Source: an uncultured Acidobacteriaceae bacterium (GTDB taxonomy: Bacteria > Acidobacteriota > Terriglobia > Terriglobales > Acidobacteriaceae). From it: a DNA stretch of 64,000 bases. Numbering within the stretch: the stretch's first letter is position 1; each line of letters begins with the position of its first letter. Positions 11,080 to 21,245 of this stretch are shown in pieces. Both the position numbers and the translations under genes were made by a program. The notes beneath the pieces were generated by a model. The model was given only the letters and a program-made list of their open reading frames with translations. It searched no databases and was not told the origin of the DNA. Location: assembly GCA_963814335.1 (NCBI GenBank), contig CAWFCO010000005.1, positions 848,492 through 912,491 on the forward strand, written 5' to 3'.

Positions 11080-11142
11080 ACACGGCCCAATTGAAGACCT
11101 GAAAAGCGGGCCTTGCGAGGATTGAATATTTGGCGGGAGTCT

Positions 11143-11218
11143 TGGTGGAGCTGAGCGGGATCGAACCGCTGGCCTCCTCGTTGCGAACGAGGCGCTCTCC
11201 CAGCTGAGCTACAGCCCC
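11143..11218 (-). tRNA. tRNA-Ala(CGC)
   Basis: 76-nt cloverleaf GGGGCTG...CAGCTCCACCA, G3:U70 alanine determinant, anticodon loop TTCGCAA, TTCGATC T-loop, encoded CCA. Confidence 0.98.
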
Positions 11219-11359
11219 ACGACTTCTTTATCTTACCAGTGGCCGGGCATTCGTGGAAGGGCACGGGGCCAGGTAGAAAGTGACCTGTTTGTTGCAAAGT
11301 TTTCCTTATGAATAGAGGGCTGTATGGCGCATGAGGGTGCTCGCTGGACTCAGCCTCGC

Positions 11360-11821
11360 TTAGCGAACGTAAATAAATGTGGCGCAGTGAGTGTAGGAAT
11401 TCTGCATGGCGTCAAAAGTGAGGGTAGGAGCTTCCGCGCCTGAGAAAAAAGCGACGTGGAGAACCTTTCCCTGTGCAAAGGTGACCATCCATTGCGTGTC
11501 CTCTGTGCCGCAGAGCGTGTTCTTGTGCAGGAAGCGCTGTGCGGCCGGAATGTTAAGCCGGTAAAGTGTGCCGATTCCGCCTGCATTGAGGTCGACGTCG
11601 AAAATGGAACTGACTTCCGCCGGCTTGAGGTCGCGGATTTCGGCGACAGGAAAAGAGTTGAAGTTGATCGTCATCTTCGACTTGGCAAAGGAAATGTCAC
11701 CGGTAATGTCGGCGGTGGTGTCGCTGGCCGCCTGCCAGTAACCCTGAATCTGGGCGAAGCAGGAAGCGGAAAACGCAAAAGCCACAAGGGCCAGGACGCG
11801 AAGGAACGAAAGGGACTTCAT
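11360..11821 (-). CDS. Hypothetical secreted protein (153 aa)
   Basis: ATG 11821 begins a typical signal peptide MKSLSFLRVLALVAFAFSASCFA; the upstream part of ORF 11360-12022 looks non-coding. Confidence 0.75.
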   Translation of the reverse strand: MKSLSFLRVLALVAFAFSASCFAQIQGYWQAASDTTADITGDISFAKSKMTINFNSFPVAEIRDLKPAEVSSIFDVDLNAGGIGTLYRLNIPAAQRFLHKNTLCGTEDTQWMVTFAQGKVLHVAFFSGAEAPTLTFDAMQNSYTHCATFIYVR

Positions 11822-11917
11822 GTCTTGAGGATGACACTGGAGACGTGGGCGGGGCAAACGGGGGAACCGCGCGTACCAAGCTTGCCCGCAAATGCACATC
11901 AAGAAATATCGCATAAG

Positions 11918-11960
11918 TACGATGGGAGTCGTTGACGTACGATAATTATCGTAGTACGCT
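11918..11960 (+). promoter_or_regulatory. blaI-family promoter (TTGACG-N17-TACGCT) with two TACGA-N6-TCGT(A/T) operator sites
   Basis: Perfect palindrome TACGATAATTATCGTA at 11938-11953 in the spacer; second site TACGATGGGAGTCGTT at 11918-11933 overlaps the -35. Confidence 0.75.
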
Positions 11961-11967
11961 GCGATGC

Positions 11968-12363
11968 ATGAAGAAAAAGTCCGATCGTAAAGGGCCGCTA
12001 CCCACCCAGGCAGAGCTAGCAATTTTGCAAATCCTATGGTCGAGTGGACCGATGACGGTTCGCGAAGTGCACGAAGCCCTGAGAAACAAGGAGACCGGCT
12101 ACACCACTGTGCTTAAGCAGATGCAGGTGATGGCGGAGAAGGGCCTGTTACAGCGAAATGAGCGATATCGGTCGCATGTGTACAGCGCCAGCTTTGCGCG
12201 CGAGGACACACAGCATGGACTGGTGCGGGATTTTCTGCAGCGCGCATTTGCGGGTTCAGCAAAAGGGCTGGTGCTTGGCGCGCTGTCAGCAAAGCCGGTT
12301 TCGCGCGAAGAGTTGGCGGAGATCAAGCGTGCCATCGAGAAGTTCGAAAAGGAGGGGTGTTGA
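11968..12363 (+). CDS. BlaI/MecI/CopY family transcriptional repressor
   Basis: PTQAELAILQILW, TVREVH, GYTTVLKQMQVMAEKGLL, FAGSAKGLV. Confidence 0.95.
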   Translation: MKKKSDRKGPLPTQAELAILQILWSSGPMTVREVHEALRNKETGYTTVLKQMQVMAEKGLLQRNERYRSHVYSASFAREDTQHGLVRDFLQRAFAGSAKGLVLGALSAKPVSREELAEIKRAIEKFEKEGC

Positions 12364-13670
12364 TGCCGTCGTTCTACGGGGCGCATGATGGCTTCTTTCT
12401 GGCGTTTGGATGGAGCTTGATTGATTTGTTGTGGCAAGGCGCGTGTGTGGCTCTCGCGCTTGCAATCAGTCTAAGGGCGGCGAGGAGGATGTCCGCGCGT
12501 GCGCGTTACGCGATGGCATGTGCCGGGCTGGGAATGATTGTTGTGTGTCCTGTGTTGACGTGGGTGAGCCAAACGCAGGCAATAAGTGCTCCGTCTTCGG
12601 GAAGGAATGCGCGCACCGCAAGTTTGCTGACGCGCGCAATTGGAACAAGTTCCGAGCTGCCGATTGCGCATGAACTCAGCGCCGCGATCTCGTGGATCAA
12701 TTTTCATATGGGCGCGCTTCTACTTGTTTGGCTGCTGGGCGCGGGATTCATGCTTCTGCGGATATTGAGATCGATGGTTGCCGTGCGGCGCATTCAAGAT
12801 TTCGCCAAGGACGGGATTTCAAAGCAAAGTGAGCGCAGAGTACATGAGCTTGCCAACCGTCTCAAGCTTTCTTCCTCGCCGTGCGTGAAGTCGTCCAGCC
12901 AGATTGCCGCGCCAGTCGTTGCAGGTTGGTTGAAGCCGGCAATTCTGCTTCCGGGTTCACTGATGGAAGTGCTTTCAGAGCCGCAGAAGGAAGCCATTCT
13001 GGTCCACGAACTGGTGCATATACAACGGCGCGATGTACTGGTGAATCTGCTGCAGACGGTGATTGAAGCAGTGCTTTTTTATCAGCCGGCAGTTTGGTGG
13101 ATATCGCGAGAGATACGGCGGGAACGCGAACACTGCTGTGATGACTGCGCAGTGCGAACAAGCGGCTCGGCAATTGAATACGCCAAGGCTCTGGTTGTTC
13201 TGGAGGAGAGGCGTGGTATGGCGGAATTGAAATTCTCAATGGGACTACATGGAGGTGACTTGAGTATGCGTATCAAGCGGCTTGTTGAACCTGCGGAGCC
13301 TGCACGCGCGGTGCGCCGCCTGAGCGCGGCTTTGGCCGTGCTGGGAGCGTCTACGGCTTTTGCGCTTGTCCTCTTATCAAATGCGGCGACACGGCGCGTC
13401 ATGGCCCAGACGGAAACGCGAGCAGCACAATCGAAGGCGGAGGCGTTCCTACCGACGAGCCATTTTGCGCGTCCGGATCTTGCGTGCACCTACTATGACG
13501 CGAAGTCCAACGCATACGACGGCGTATGCGAAGGCAGCTACACGGATTCAAGTGAAAGCTACTGCAGACAGATCGGTGGGTCTCAACCGCGGGAACACCA
13601 GTCAAGTTGTACATGGAAGCTGAAACGGCTGCAGGAGTGGAAGATGGCGCAGGAGAAGAGCAAAAAGTGA
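12363..13670 (+). CDS. Peptidase M56 (BlaR1/MecR1-like) membrane sensor with short Cys-rich C-terminal domain
   Basis: HELVH zinc motif, FYQPAVWW, ERE.CCDD; start overlaps the blaI stop (TGATG). Confidence 0.93.
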   Translation: MPSFYGAHDGFFLAFGWSLIDLLWQGACVALALAISLRAARRMSARARYAMACAGLGMIVVCPVLTWVSQTQAISAPSSGRNARTASLLTRAIGTSSELPIAHELSAAISWINFHMGALLLVWLLGAGFMLLRILRSMVAVRRIQDFAKDGISKQSERRVHELANRLKLSSSPCVKSSSQIAAPVVAGWLKPAILLPGSLMEVLSEPQKEAILVHELVHIQRRDVLVNLLQTVIEAVLFYQPAVWWISREIRREREHCCDDCAVRTSGSAIEYAKALVVLEERRGMAELKFSMGLHGGDLSMRIKRLVEPAEPARAVRRLSAALAVLGASTAFALVLLSNAATRRVMAQTETRAAQSKAEAFLPTSHFARPDLACTYYDAKSNAYDGVCEGSYTDSSESYCRQIGGSQPREHQSSCTWKLKRLQEWKMAQEKSKK

Positions 13671-13722
13671 TTTGATCAACACGCCTGAAGGTGCGATTAG
13701 AAGACGTTTTGGGAATAGAAAT

Positions 13723-13759
13723 GCGAAAGGCCGGGAGAAATCCCGGCCTTTGCTTCTTT
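13723..13759. terminator. Intrinsic terminator between convergent M56 and rho genes
   Basis: GCGAAAGGCCGGGA-GAAA-TCCCGGCCTTTGC followed by TTCTTT. Confidence 0.85.
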
Positions 13760-13797
13760 GGCTGAACTAGACCACCTAGACCGCCAAGAAATCATGT

Positions 13798-15048
<1,251 letters not shown>

Positions 15049-15289
15049 GATTCACCTGCGGTCGGGATTTTTGGGATGGGAGTGATGGATGGAGATTGAA
15101 AGGATGACTCACCAGCGGCAAACGGGCGAAGGCCCGAAGGGCGGCCTAAGGTGGCTCGCTCGAAGGAGACTCACAGCGAATGCCCGGGAAATTGGAACTT
15201 CGAAGCTGTTGCGGCTGGTTGTGAAGGAACCGCGTTCAAAAAGTGCACAAAACTACCAATGAAACGAACACCTGTGGGCGACCGCGTGC
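15049..15289 (-). promoter_or_regulatory. rho leader with C-rich/G-poor rut-like tract
   Basis: 15060-15106 on the mRNA strand has 22 C and 1 G in 47 nt. Confidence 0.55.
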
Positions 15290-15511
15290 TTACGCAGCGC
15301 GGCGCGCCTCAACAGTTTGTGTCGCAGCTTCAGTTACTGGCGCTGCGGAGCCGGGATTGATGGTGTGGAAACGAACCAACACTTCATTGGTCGTGTCCTG
15401 TAAACGGGTGTTTGGCTTATGCAGCTTGCGCGTGGCCTTGCTGGCCAACTGACAGAGCTGATAGCGATTCTCCACATGAGCGAGTGCCCCAAAAACCAAA
15501 TCAGAACGCAT
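15290..15511 (-). CDS. Small RNA polymerase omega (RpoZ)-like protein, 73 aa
   Basis: MRSDLVFGALAHVENRYQLCQLASKATRKL resembles the omega NRY.L...A.K.AR.L motif; GAAGGAG RBS before ATG 15511. Confidence 0.65.
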   Translation of the reverse strand: MRSDLVFGALAHVENRYQLCQLASKATRKLHKPNTRLQDTTNEVLVRFHTINPGSAAPVTEAATQTVEARRAA

Positions 15512-16108
15512 AATCTTTTCTCCTTCCCAAAATCCGATACGTACACGGGGCTTCGTGGCGCCGGTTTTGTATCGGGGAATTGAAAGCACAGGCAAAAATC
15601 GCCCTGCTGGAATCCTCCCCAAGCTGTTAGACGCAGGAAATGCACGCCGAGTTCTAAAATCTTGGCGTATTTCCTCATCCACGTGTCCGTCGACGATTCG
15701 GATAATCAACTTTTCAACCGGCCCAGGAAATTGTCTTTCTGCTGTTCCCAATCCGGTCACCTACACACCGGTCGTTACACAATGAACATCTCTTCAGCTT
15801 AGATGCGGGGAAAAGCAATAAGTCTGACAGGAGATCGATCTATGCAATCTACCCTTGTGGATGGCAATCATGAATGTATACCCAGTCCGGTGAGGGGTCA
15901 ACAGTTTTTTGGGGGTTGATTGCACGAAAATGTGCATGTCGAGTTACCTCGAAGAATCCTAAATAAATTCTTTTTAATGAACTAGATGAGTTGTACGCTG
16001 ATCGCAGTAGCGTCTCATTAGGTGATATGCCAAACAGAATCGATGTCTTGCATCTTTTGGTGCAATTGAGGCTGCATTCAAGGGACTTTTCCACAGGGTT
16101 TGGACAGT

Positions 16109-17668
16109 TCAGGCCCAGTAGCTCCGATCCAGGGTCCTATATTGGATGGCTTCGGCGAGATGGGAGACGTTGAGGTGCTCAGCCCCTCCAAGGTCAGCGA
16201 TGGTTCGTGCGACCTTCAAAATACGGTCGTGGGCCCGGGCGGTGAGGCCTTGCTGCTGCATGGCGCGCTCGAGAAGTCGTTCGGCGTCGGCGCTGAGTTC
16301 GCAGTTGGCACGAACCTGGCGAGTGGTCATCTGGGCATTCGAGTAGATCTTTTCGCCCTGTTTCCGGAATCGGGCTCTCTGCCGCTCGCGGGCCGTGAGG
16401 ACCCGATCGCGGATCTCTGCTGAACCCTCTGCGGCGGCTCCACCGCGCAGCTCCTTGTATTGAACGGCGGGAACCTCGATATGAATATCAATGCGATCAA
16501 GCAGCGGCCCTGAGACTTTGGCGACATAGCGCTGGATCATGGGCGGAGTGCACATGCATTCGCGCGACTTGTCATTGAAGTAACCGCACGGGCAGGGATT
16601 CATGGCGGCAGCGAGCATGAAGCGCGCGGGAAAGCTGAGTGACATGGAAGCGCGCGCAATGGTGACCGTGTGGTCCTCAAGCGGCTGGCGCATCACTTCG
16701 AGGACATTGCGCGGGAATTCTGGCAGTTCATCGAGGAAGAGCAGTCCGTTGTGAGCGAGCGACACCTCACCGGGCCGAGGGACGATGCCTCCGCCAATAA
16801 GGCCGGCGTCTGAAATCGTGTGATGCGGAGCGCGGAAGGGCCGCTGAGTGACGAGGCCCTGCGCGGCATCGAGGACCCCGGCGACAGAGTGAATTTTGGT
16901 GGTCTCCAAGGCCTCTTCAAATGTGAGCGGCGCCAGGATGGACGGCAAACGCTTGGCGAGCATGGTTTTGCCTGAACCAGGAGGGCCGATCATGAGGATG
17001 TTGTGGCTACCGGCAGCGGCTACTTCCAGCGCGCGCTTGGCGGTCTGCTGGCCGCGAACGTCTTTGAAGTCGACGGAGAAATGCTGCAACTCGCCCAGCA
17101 GGGTTTCATTCGATACCTTGAAGGGCTCTCGCTGCACTACTCCGACGACAGAACGGTTGAGGAGGTCGATGACGTCAGTAAGTGATGAGACGGGGTAGAC
17201 GTTCACTCCCTCCACGACCGCGGCTTCTGCTGCGTTCTGCGCGGGAAGGAGGAAGTTTGGAATGTTCCTTTCGCGCGCGAGGATGGCCATCGGCAAGACG
17301 CCGGGGACAGGACGCAGGCTGCCGTCAAGCCCGAGTTCGCCGACGATGAGGAACTGGCTGACATCTGAAACCTGAAGGGCGCCGTAAGCTCCGAGGATGC
17401 TGAGCGCGATTGGGAGGTCAAATCCGGAGCCTTCCTTTTTGATGTCCGCAGGCGCAAGGTTGACGGTGATGAAGGTGGGAGGAATGAGATAGCCGGAGTT
17501 TTTGATGGCGGCACGGACGCGGTTGCGGCTTTCGCGGACGGCGGTGTCCGGCAGCCCGACTGTCTGAAACTGGTCCTTATCAAGGACCGATCCACTGTAG
17601 TCGACTTCCACGTCGATGAGGTTGGCGTCTATTCCGTAAACTGCAGCGCTGAGAGCTTTAAAGAGCAT
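16109..17668 (-). CDS. comM: YifB/ComM family Mg-chelatase-like AAA+ ATPase
   Basis: [72 protein letters not shown]. Confidence 0.93.
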   Translation of the reverse strand: MLFKALSAAVYGIDANLIDVEVDYSGSVLDKDQFQTVGLPDTAVRESRNRVRAAIKNSGYLIPPTFITVNLAPADIKKEGSGFDLPIALSILGAYGALQVSDVSQFLIVGELGLDGSLRPVPGVLPMAILARERNIPNFLLPAQNAAEAAVVEGVNVYPVSSLTDVIDLLNRSVVGVVQREPFKVSNETLLGELQHFSVDFKDVRGQQTAKRALEVAAAGSHNILMIGPPGSGKTMLAKRLPSILAPLTFEEALETTKIHSVAGVLDAAQGLVTQRPFRAPHHTISDAGLIGGGIVPRPGEVSLAHNGLLFLDELPEFPRNVLEVMRQPLEDHTVTIARASMSLSFPARFMLAAAMNPCPCGYFNDKSRECMCTPPMIQRYVAKVSGPLLDRIDIHIEVPAVQYKELRGGAAAEGSAEIRDRVLTARERQRARFRKQGEKIYSNAQMTTRQVRANCELSADAERLLERAMQQQGLTARAHDRILKVARTIADLGGAEHLNVSHLAEAIQYRTLDRSYWA

Positions 17669-17684
17669 GGTATGAGTGGAGGGC

Positions 17685-17727
17685 AGTCTAGCACTGGAAA
17701 CGACGGCGCACTGTGACGAACGTCAGG
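17685..17727 (-). promoter_or_regulatory. Class II CRP/FNR-family promoter for comM/yifB
   Basis: -10 TAGACT (17690-17685); TGTGA-N6-TCAGG at 17712-17727 is centred 41.5 bp upstream of the implied +1 (17678). Confidence 0.55.
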
Positions 17728-17823
17728 TATGTTGACACGAATGTGGGAGATGAAGGCTCATGGCGGTGTGTTAGTGTCGCATCGAATGCCGCAACAGGGG
17801 CTCCAGAAGCGAGATAAGCACAC

Positions 17824-18909
17824 ATGGCCTTGAGTAAGAGCGGAGGCAAAGCCTCCCGGAATGACTTTCGCAACTCGATTGACACTGTTGAACACCTGGT
17901 GGACGTGGTGCATCAGCTGTCATTGGCGAAGAGTTTTGACACGATTGTGGACATTGTGCGGGGCGAAGCACGCGCACTCCTGAACGCGGATGGCGCAACT
18001 GTGATTGTGCGCGACGGAGAATTCAGTTTTTACGTGGACGAGGATGCAATTTCTCCACTTTGGAAGGGCGCCCGTATCCCGCACTCGGCTTGCGTGAGTG
18101 GCTGGGTGATGGATCAGAAGCACGCAGTGGCCATCAAGGACGTATTTGACGACAAGCGAATTACGGGAGACCTCTATCGGTCCACCTTTGTCCATGCGAT
18201 GGCCATGGCGCCGATTCGTACGGCAGACCCTCTGGGAGCCATCGGAGTGTATTGGGCAACCAAATGCGAGGCCTCGGATGAGCAGATGCGACTGCTGCAG
18301 GTCCTGGCGGACGCCACGGCAGTGGCATTGGAAGACGTGGCGATTCAGCAGGAACTGGAAGAGCGGGTGAATGAACGCAACAGCCAGCTGGAGGCAGCAC
18401 ATCGAGAGTTGCGCGAACTCACTCTGATGGACGAGGTGACTGGACTGTATAACCGCAGAGGGTTTGAGCTGCTTGCAACGCAACTGTTGGGAGTGGCGCA
18501 ACGCTCGCATGCAATGTCGTGGCTGTTGCTGGCCGATATCGATGGGCTACAACCGGTAAACGATGGACTGGGCCAGTCGGCTGGCAACCAATTGCTGGAG
18601 TCCGCAGCAAGAATTTTGCGGGAAGCATTTCGAGGCTGTGATGTGATGGCCCGCCTGGACGAGGCGGAGTTTGCCGTATTTGGAGTCAGCAACCCGCATC
18701 CGGCGGATTTTGCCGAGCGGCTCCAGCTCTATATCGACGCTCACAACCAGACCAGCGGCGCGGCCGTTCCACTTGCAATGTGCATTGGTCTCGCACAGTT
18801 AAGCATGTCCGACAGTCCAACTTTGGGCGACCTGCTGAACAAGGCGGAAGAAGCCGTTTTGAAGACGAAGCGGACGCGGCGTAATCCTGGAAGTGTCGCA
18901 ATCGGCTGA
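17824..18909 (+). CDS. GAF + coiled-coil + degenerate GGDEF protein (probable c-di-GMP receptor)
   Basis: GAF domain; DEVTGLYNRR; active-site motif is DEAEF; RGCD I-site sits five residues upstream. Confidence 0.85.
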   Translation: MALSKSGGKASRNDFRNSIDTVEHLVDVVHQLSLAKSFDTIVDIVRGEARALLNADGATVIVRDGEFSFYVDEDAISPLWKGARIPHSACVSGWVMDQKHAVAIKDVFDDKRITGDLYRSTFVHAMAMAPIRTADPLGAIGVYWATKCEASDEQMRLLQVLADATAVALEDVAIQQELEERVNERNSQLEAAHRELRELTLMDEVTGLYNRRGFELLATQLLGVAQRSHAMSWLLLADIDGLQPVNDGLGQSAGNQLLESAARILREAFRGCDVMARLDEAEFAVFGVSNPHPADFAERLQLYIDAHNQTSGAAVPLAMCIGLAQLSMSDSPTLGDLLNKAEEAVLKTKRTRRNPGSVAIG

Positions 18910-18947
18910 TTCATTCTGTGGCGGCGGTGAAGCGCTAGAATCACACA

Positions 18948-19103
18948 GTGGCCACGAGTCTTTTCGACCTGTACAAGATCGGCGTAGGACCCTCAAGCTC
19001 GCACACAATGGGGCCGATGAAGGCGGCGTGCGCGTTTGCGACCGAACTTTTTACCGAAGACTCCAATGAGGCGTGGCACATTCCGCAAGAGTCGATCAAG
19101 TGA
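18948..19103 (+). pseudogene. Truncated sdaA 5' fragment (first ~31 SdaA-like codons fused to 20 foreign codons, 51 aa)
   Basis: [51 protein letters not shown]; TAGAAT -10 at 18936-18941 is 6 nt upstream of the GTG. Confidence 0.8.
18954..19039 (+). repeat. Direct repeat copy 1 of sdaA 5' end (86 bp)
   Basis: Matches 19821-19906 with 2 synonymous mismatches; the last 74 bp are identical. Confidence 0.97.
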
Positions 19104-19807
19104 TTACTCGCGAAACTATAGTCCGGTGCGCACGCAATGCTGCCTCCCTTGCTCTGCTCATCATTGCGGGCATGATTATCATGTTTCTCCTCCGCAGCCT
19201 TTTGGATGGCCGATTTCGAAGTTCCTTGAGAATCTGGCTTCTCGTCTGCAAAATGTCAGCCGTTTCATTCGGAATTGTTTTTGCGGTCTTCTTCATTTGG
19301 AACATCATCAGCGCTAAACGTTCGCAGCTTCTTTGGGATGCTCTGGAAGTGGAGACATCTGAGTCAGAGTTGCTCGCAGTGCCACTGTTTGGTTTTGTGG
19401 CGATGGAGTTTTACTGGCTTATTTTGAACCGCACATATGTCGTTTTTGTTGCACGGGAAGGACTATACGGCTGGAAGGCATCAGGGCCGGTTACTAATTC
19501 AGACCGTCGATATTTCGTACCTTTTCAGGAGATGGTTGAAGACCAGGAACTAATGAAAGATATGCCAGCAATTCGCAACTTAGCAGGCTTGCGCGGCGGT
19601 TTCTTCTACGCCGCTTCAACCCTTTTGTCAGTCGCCTCAGATTCCAAAAGCCAATGGGGAATGGGCGGAATTGAACATTCCGGGCACGTCAAAGTCCGTT
19701 TATCTTTGGGGAAAACTCACAATTTCATTCTTCTAGGGTCTGTCTTGCCTGAAGACGTTCGGGACCGCATTACTAAGACACTTGGGGTTGGAATAACATC
19801 GGTTTGA
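19100..19807 (+). CDS. Hypothetical membrane protein (two N-terminal TM segments) carried between the repeats
   Basis: Long ORF (from 19073), visibly more AT-rich than flanks. GTG 19100 overlaps the TGA of the truncated sdaA ORF; true start uncertain. Confidence 0.7.
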   Translation: MITRETIVRCARNAASLALLIIAGMIIMFLLRSLLDGRFRSSLRIWLLVCKMSAVSFGIVFAVFFIWNIISAKRSQLLWDALEVETSESELLAVPLFGFVAMEFYWLILNRTYVVFVAREGLYGWKASGPVTNSDRRYFVPFQEMVEDQELMKDMPAIRNLAGLRGGFFYAASTLLSVASDSKSQWGMGGIEHSGHVKVRLSLGKTHNFILLGSVLPEDVRDRITKTLGVGITSV

Positions 19808-19817
19808 GTGGTAATCC

Positions 19818-21236
19818 ATGACGAGTCTCTTTGACCTGTACAAGATCGGCGTAGGACCCTCAAGCTCGCACACAATGGGGCCGATGAAGGCGGCGTGCGC
19901 GTTTGCACGGGGGCTGGCCGAGCGAGGCTTGCTTGAACGCGCGAAACGTGTCCGGGTTGACCTGTATGGGTCACTGGCGCTTACCGGTAAAGGGCATGGC
20001 ACGGACCGCGCGGTGTTGCTGGGGCTGTCTGGATTTGAGCCGGCGACAATCGATCCATCCGCAATCGAGTCGACTGTGGCGAAGATTCGCCTTGAGAAGA
20101 AGCTTGCTCTGAATGGCTCGACGATTCTGTTCTTCGATGAGGCCGACTCGCTCTTCGAGCACAGGGACACACTTTGCCCGCCGGGGGCGAAGATTGACCA
20201 CCCGAATGGAATGCGCTTCGCAGCGTTGGACGCCGCAGGATCACAGATTGAGACGCGGACGTTCTTTTCGATTGGCGGAGGTTTCATTGTGGAGGACGGA
20301 GAGAACGCTGCCAATCAACCGCTCATCCAGAATGAAGTGCAGGTGCCGTTTCCGTTTCACACTGCGGCAGAGATGCTTCGCATTGCCGGCGCCAATGAGA
20401 TATCGATCAGCCAGCTGATGCTGGAGAACGAGTGCGCGCGGATGAGCCACACGGGCACGCTTGCTCCGGTGGATCAAGTGAGGGCAGGAATTGAGCGCAT
20501 CTGGCAGACAATGCGCGATTGCGTTGCCCGCGGGATTGCGACGGAAGGAATTCTGCCGGGCGGGTTGAATGTGCGGCGACGAGCGCATCGGTTGGCCGAT
20601 CGGCTGCACGAGAAGGAAGCCAATGGATTGCGCAGTGACCCGCTGGCGCCGTTGGACTGGGTAACGGTCTTCGCGATGGCGGTCAATGAGGAGAATGCGG
20701 CCGGAGGACGCGTCGTGACGGCCCCGACGAATGGAGCGGCAGGTGTGGTTCCGGCAGTGGCGCACTATTACGAGCGATTCGCTCCGGAGGCAGACGAGGA
20801 AGGTATTCTGCGGTTCTTCCTAGCTTCTGCGGCGATTGGGATTCTTTATAAGGAGAATGCGTCCATCAGTGGGGCGGAGGTTGGCTGCCAGGGCGAGGTT
20901 GGAGTTGCGTGTTCGATGGCTGCCGGCGGTCTGGTGGCGGCGTTGGACGGCACGAACGGGCAGATTGAGCATGCGGCGGAGATTGCGATGGAGCACAACC
21001 TGGGTATGACGTGCGACCCGATCGGCGGCCTGGTCCAGATCCCCTGCATTGAGCGCAATGCGATGGGCGCCGTAAAGGCTGTGCACGCGGCACGGATTGC
21101 GATGAACGAGACCGAAGAGCACAAAGTGTCGCTCGACCAGGTGATCAAGACGATGTATCAGACTGGACTCGACATGCAGTCGCGGTACAAAGAGACGAGC
21201 CTGGCCGGGCTCGCGCTGAACATTATCGAATGCTGA
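19818..21236 (+). CDS. sdaA: L-serine ammonia-lyase (Fe-S dependent, single chain)
   Basis: [78 protein letters not shown]. Confidence 0.97.
   Translation: MTSLFDLYKIGVGPSSSHTMGPMKAACAFARGLAERGLLERAKRVRVDLYGSLALTGKGHGTDRAVLLGLSGFEPATIDPSAIESTVAKIRLEKKLALNGSTILFFDEADSLFEHRDTLCPPGAKIDHPNGMRFAALDAAGSQIETRTFFSIGGGFIVEDGENAANQPLIQNEVQVPFPFHTAAEMLRIAGANEISISQLMLENECARMSHTGTLAPVDQVRAGIERIWQTMRDCVARGIATEGILPGGLNVRRRAHRLADRLHEKEANGLRSDPLAPLDWVTVFAMAVNEENAAGGRVVTAPTNGAAGVVPAVAHYYERFAPEADEEGILRFFLASAAIGILYKENASISGAEVGCQGEVGVACSMAAGGLVAALDGTNGQIEHAAEIAMEHNLGMTCDPIGGLVQIPCIERNAMGAVKAVHAARIAMNETEEHKVSLDQVIKTMYQTGLDMQSRYKETSLAGLALNIIEC
19821..19906 (+). repeat. Direct repeat copy 2 of sdaA 5' end (86 bp)
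   Basis: See copy 1; offset 867 bp. Confidence 0.97.
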
Positions 21237-21245
21237 AGACGTGGG

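Noticed and set aside
15255-15390. 9-nt inverted match ACCAATGAA/TTCATTGGT and GTTCGTTTC direct repeat between the omega-like CDS and the rho leader
   Set aside because: Too short to distinguish from chance without covariation data.
15849-16100. DnaA-box-like 9-mers (TTTTCCACA near 16087; also near 47868 and 49702) with an AT-rich tract
   Set aside because: Isolated, mismatched and far apart; no box cluster, dnaA or DUE repeats, so not an origin.
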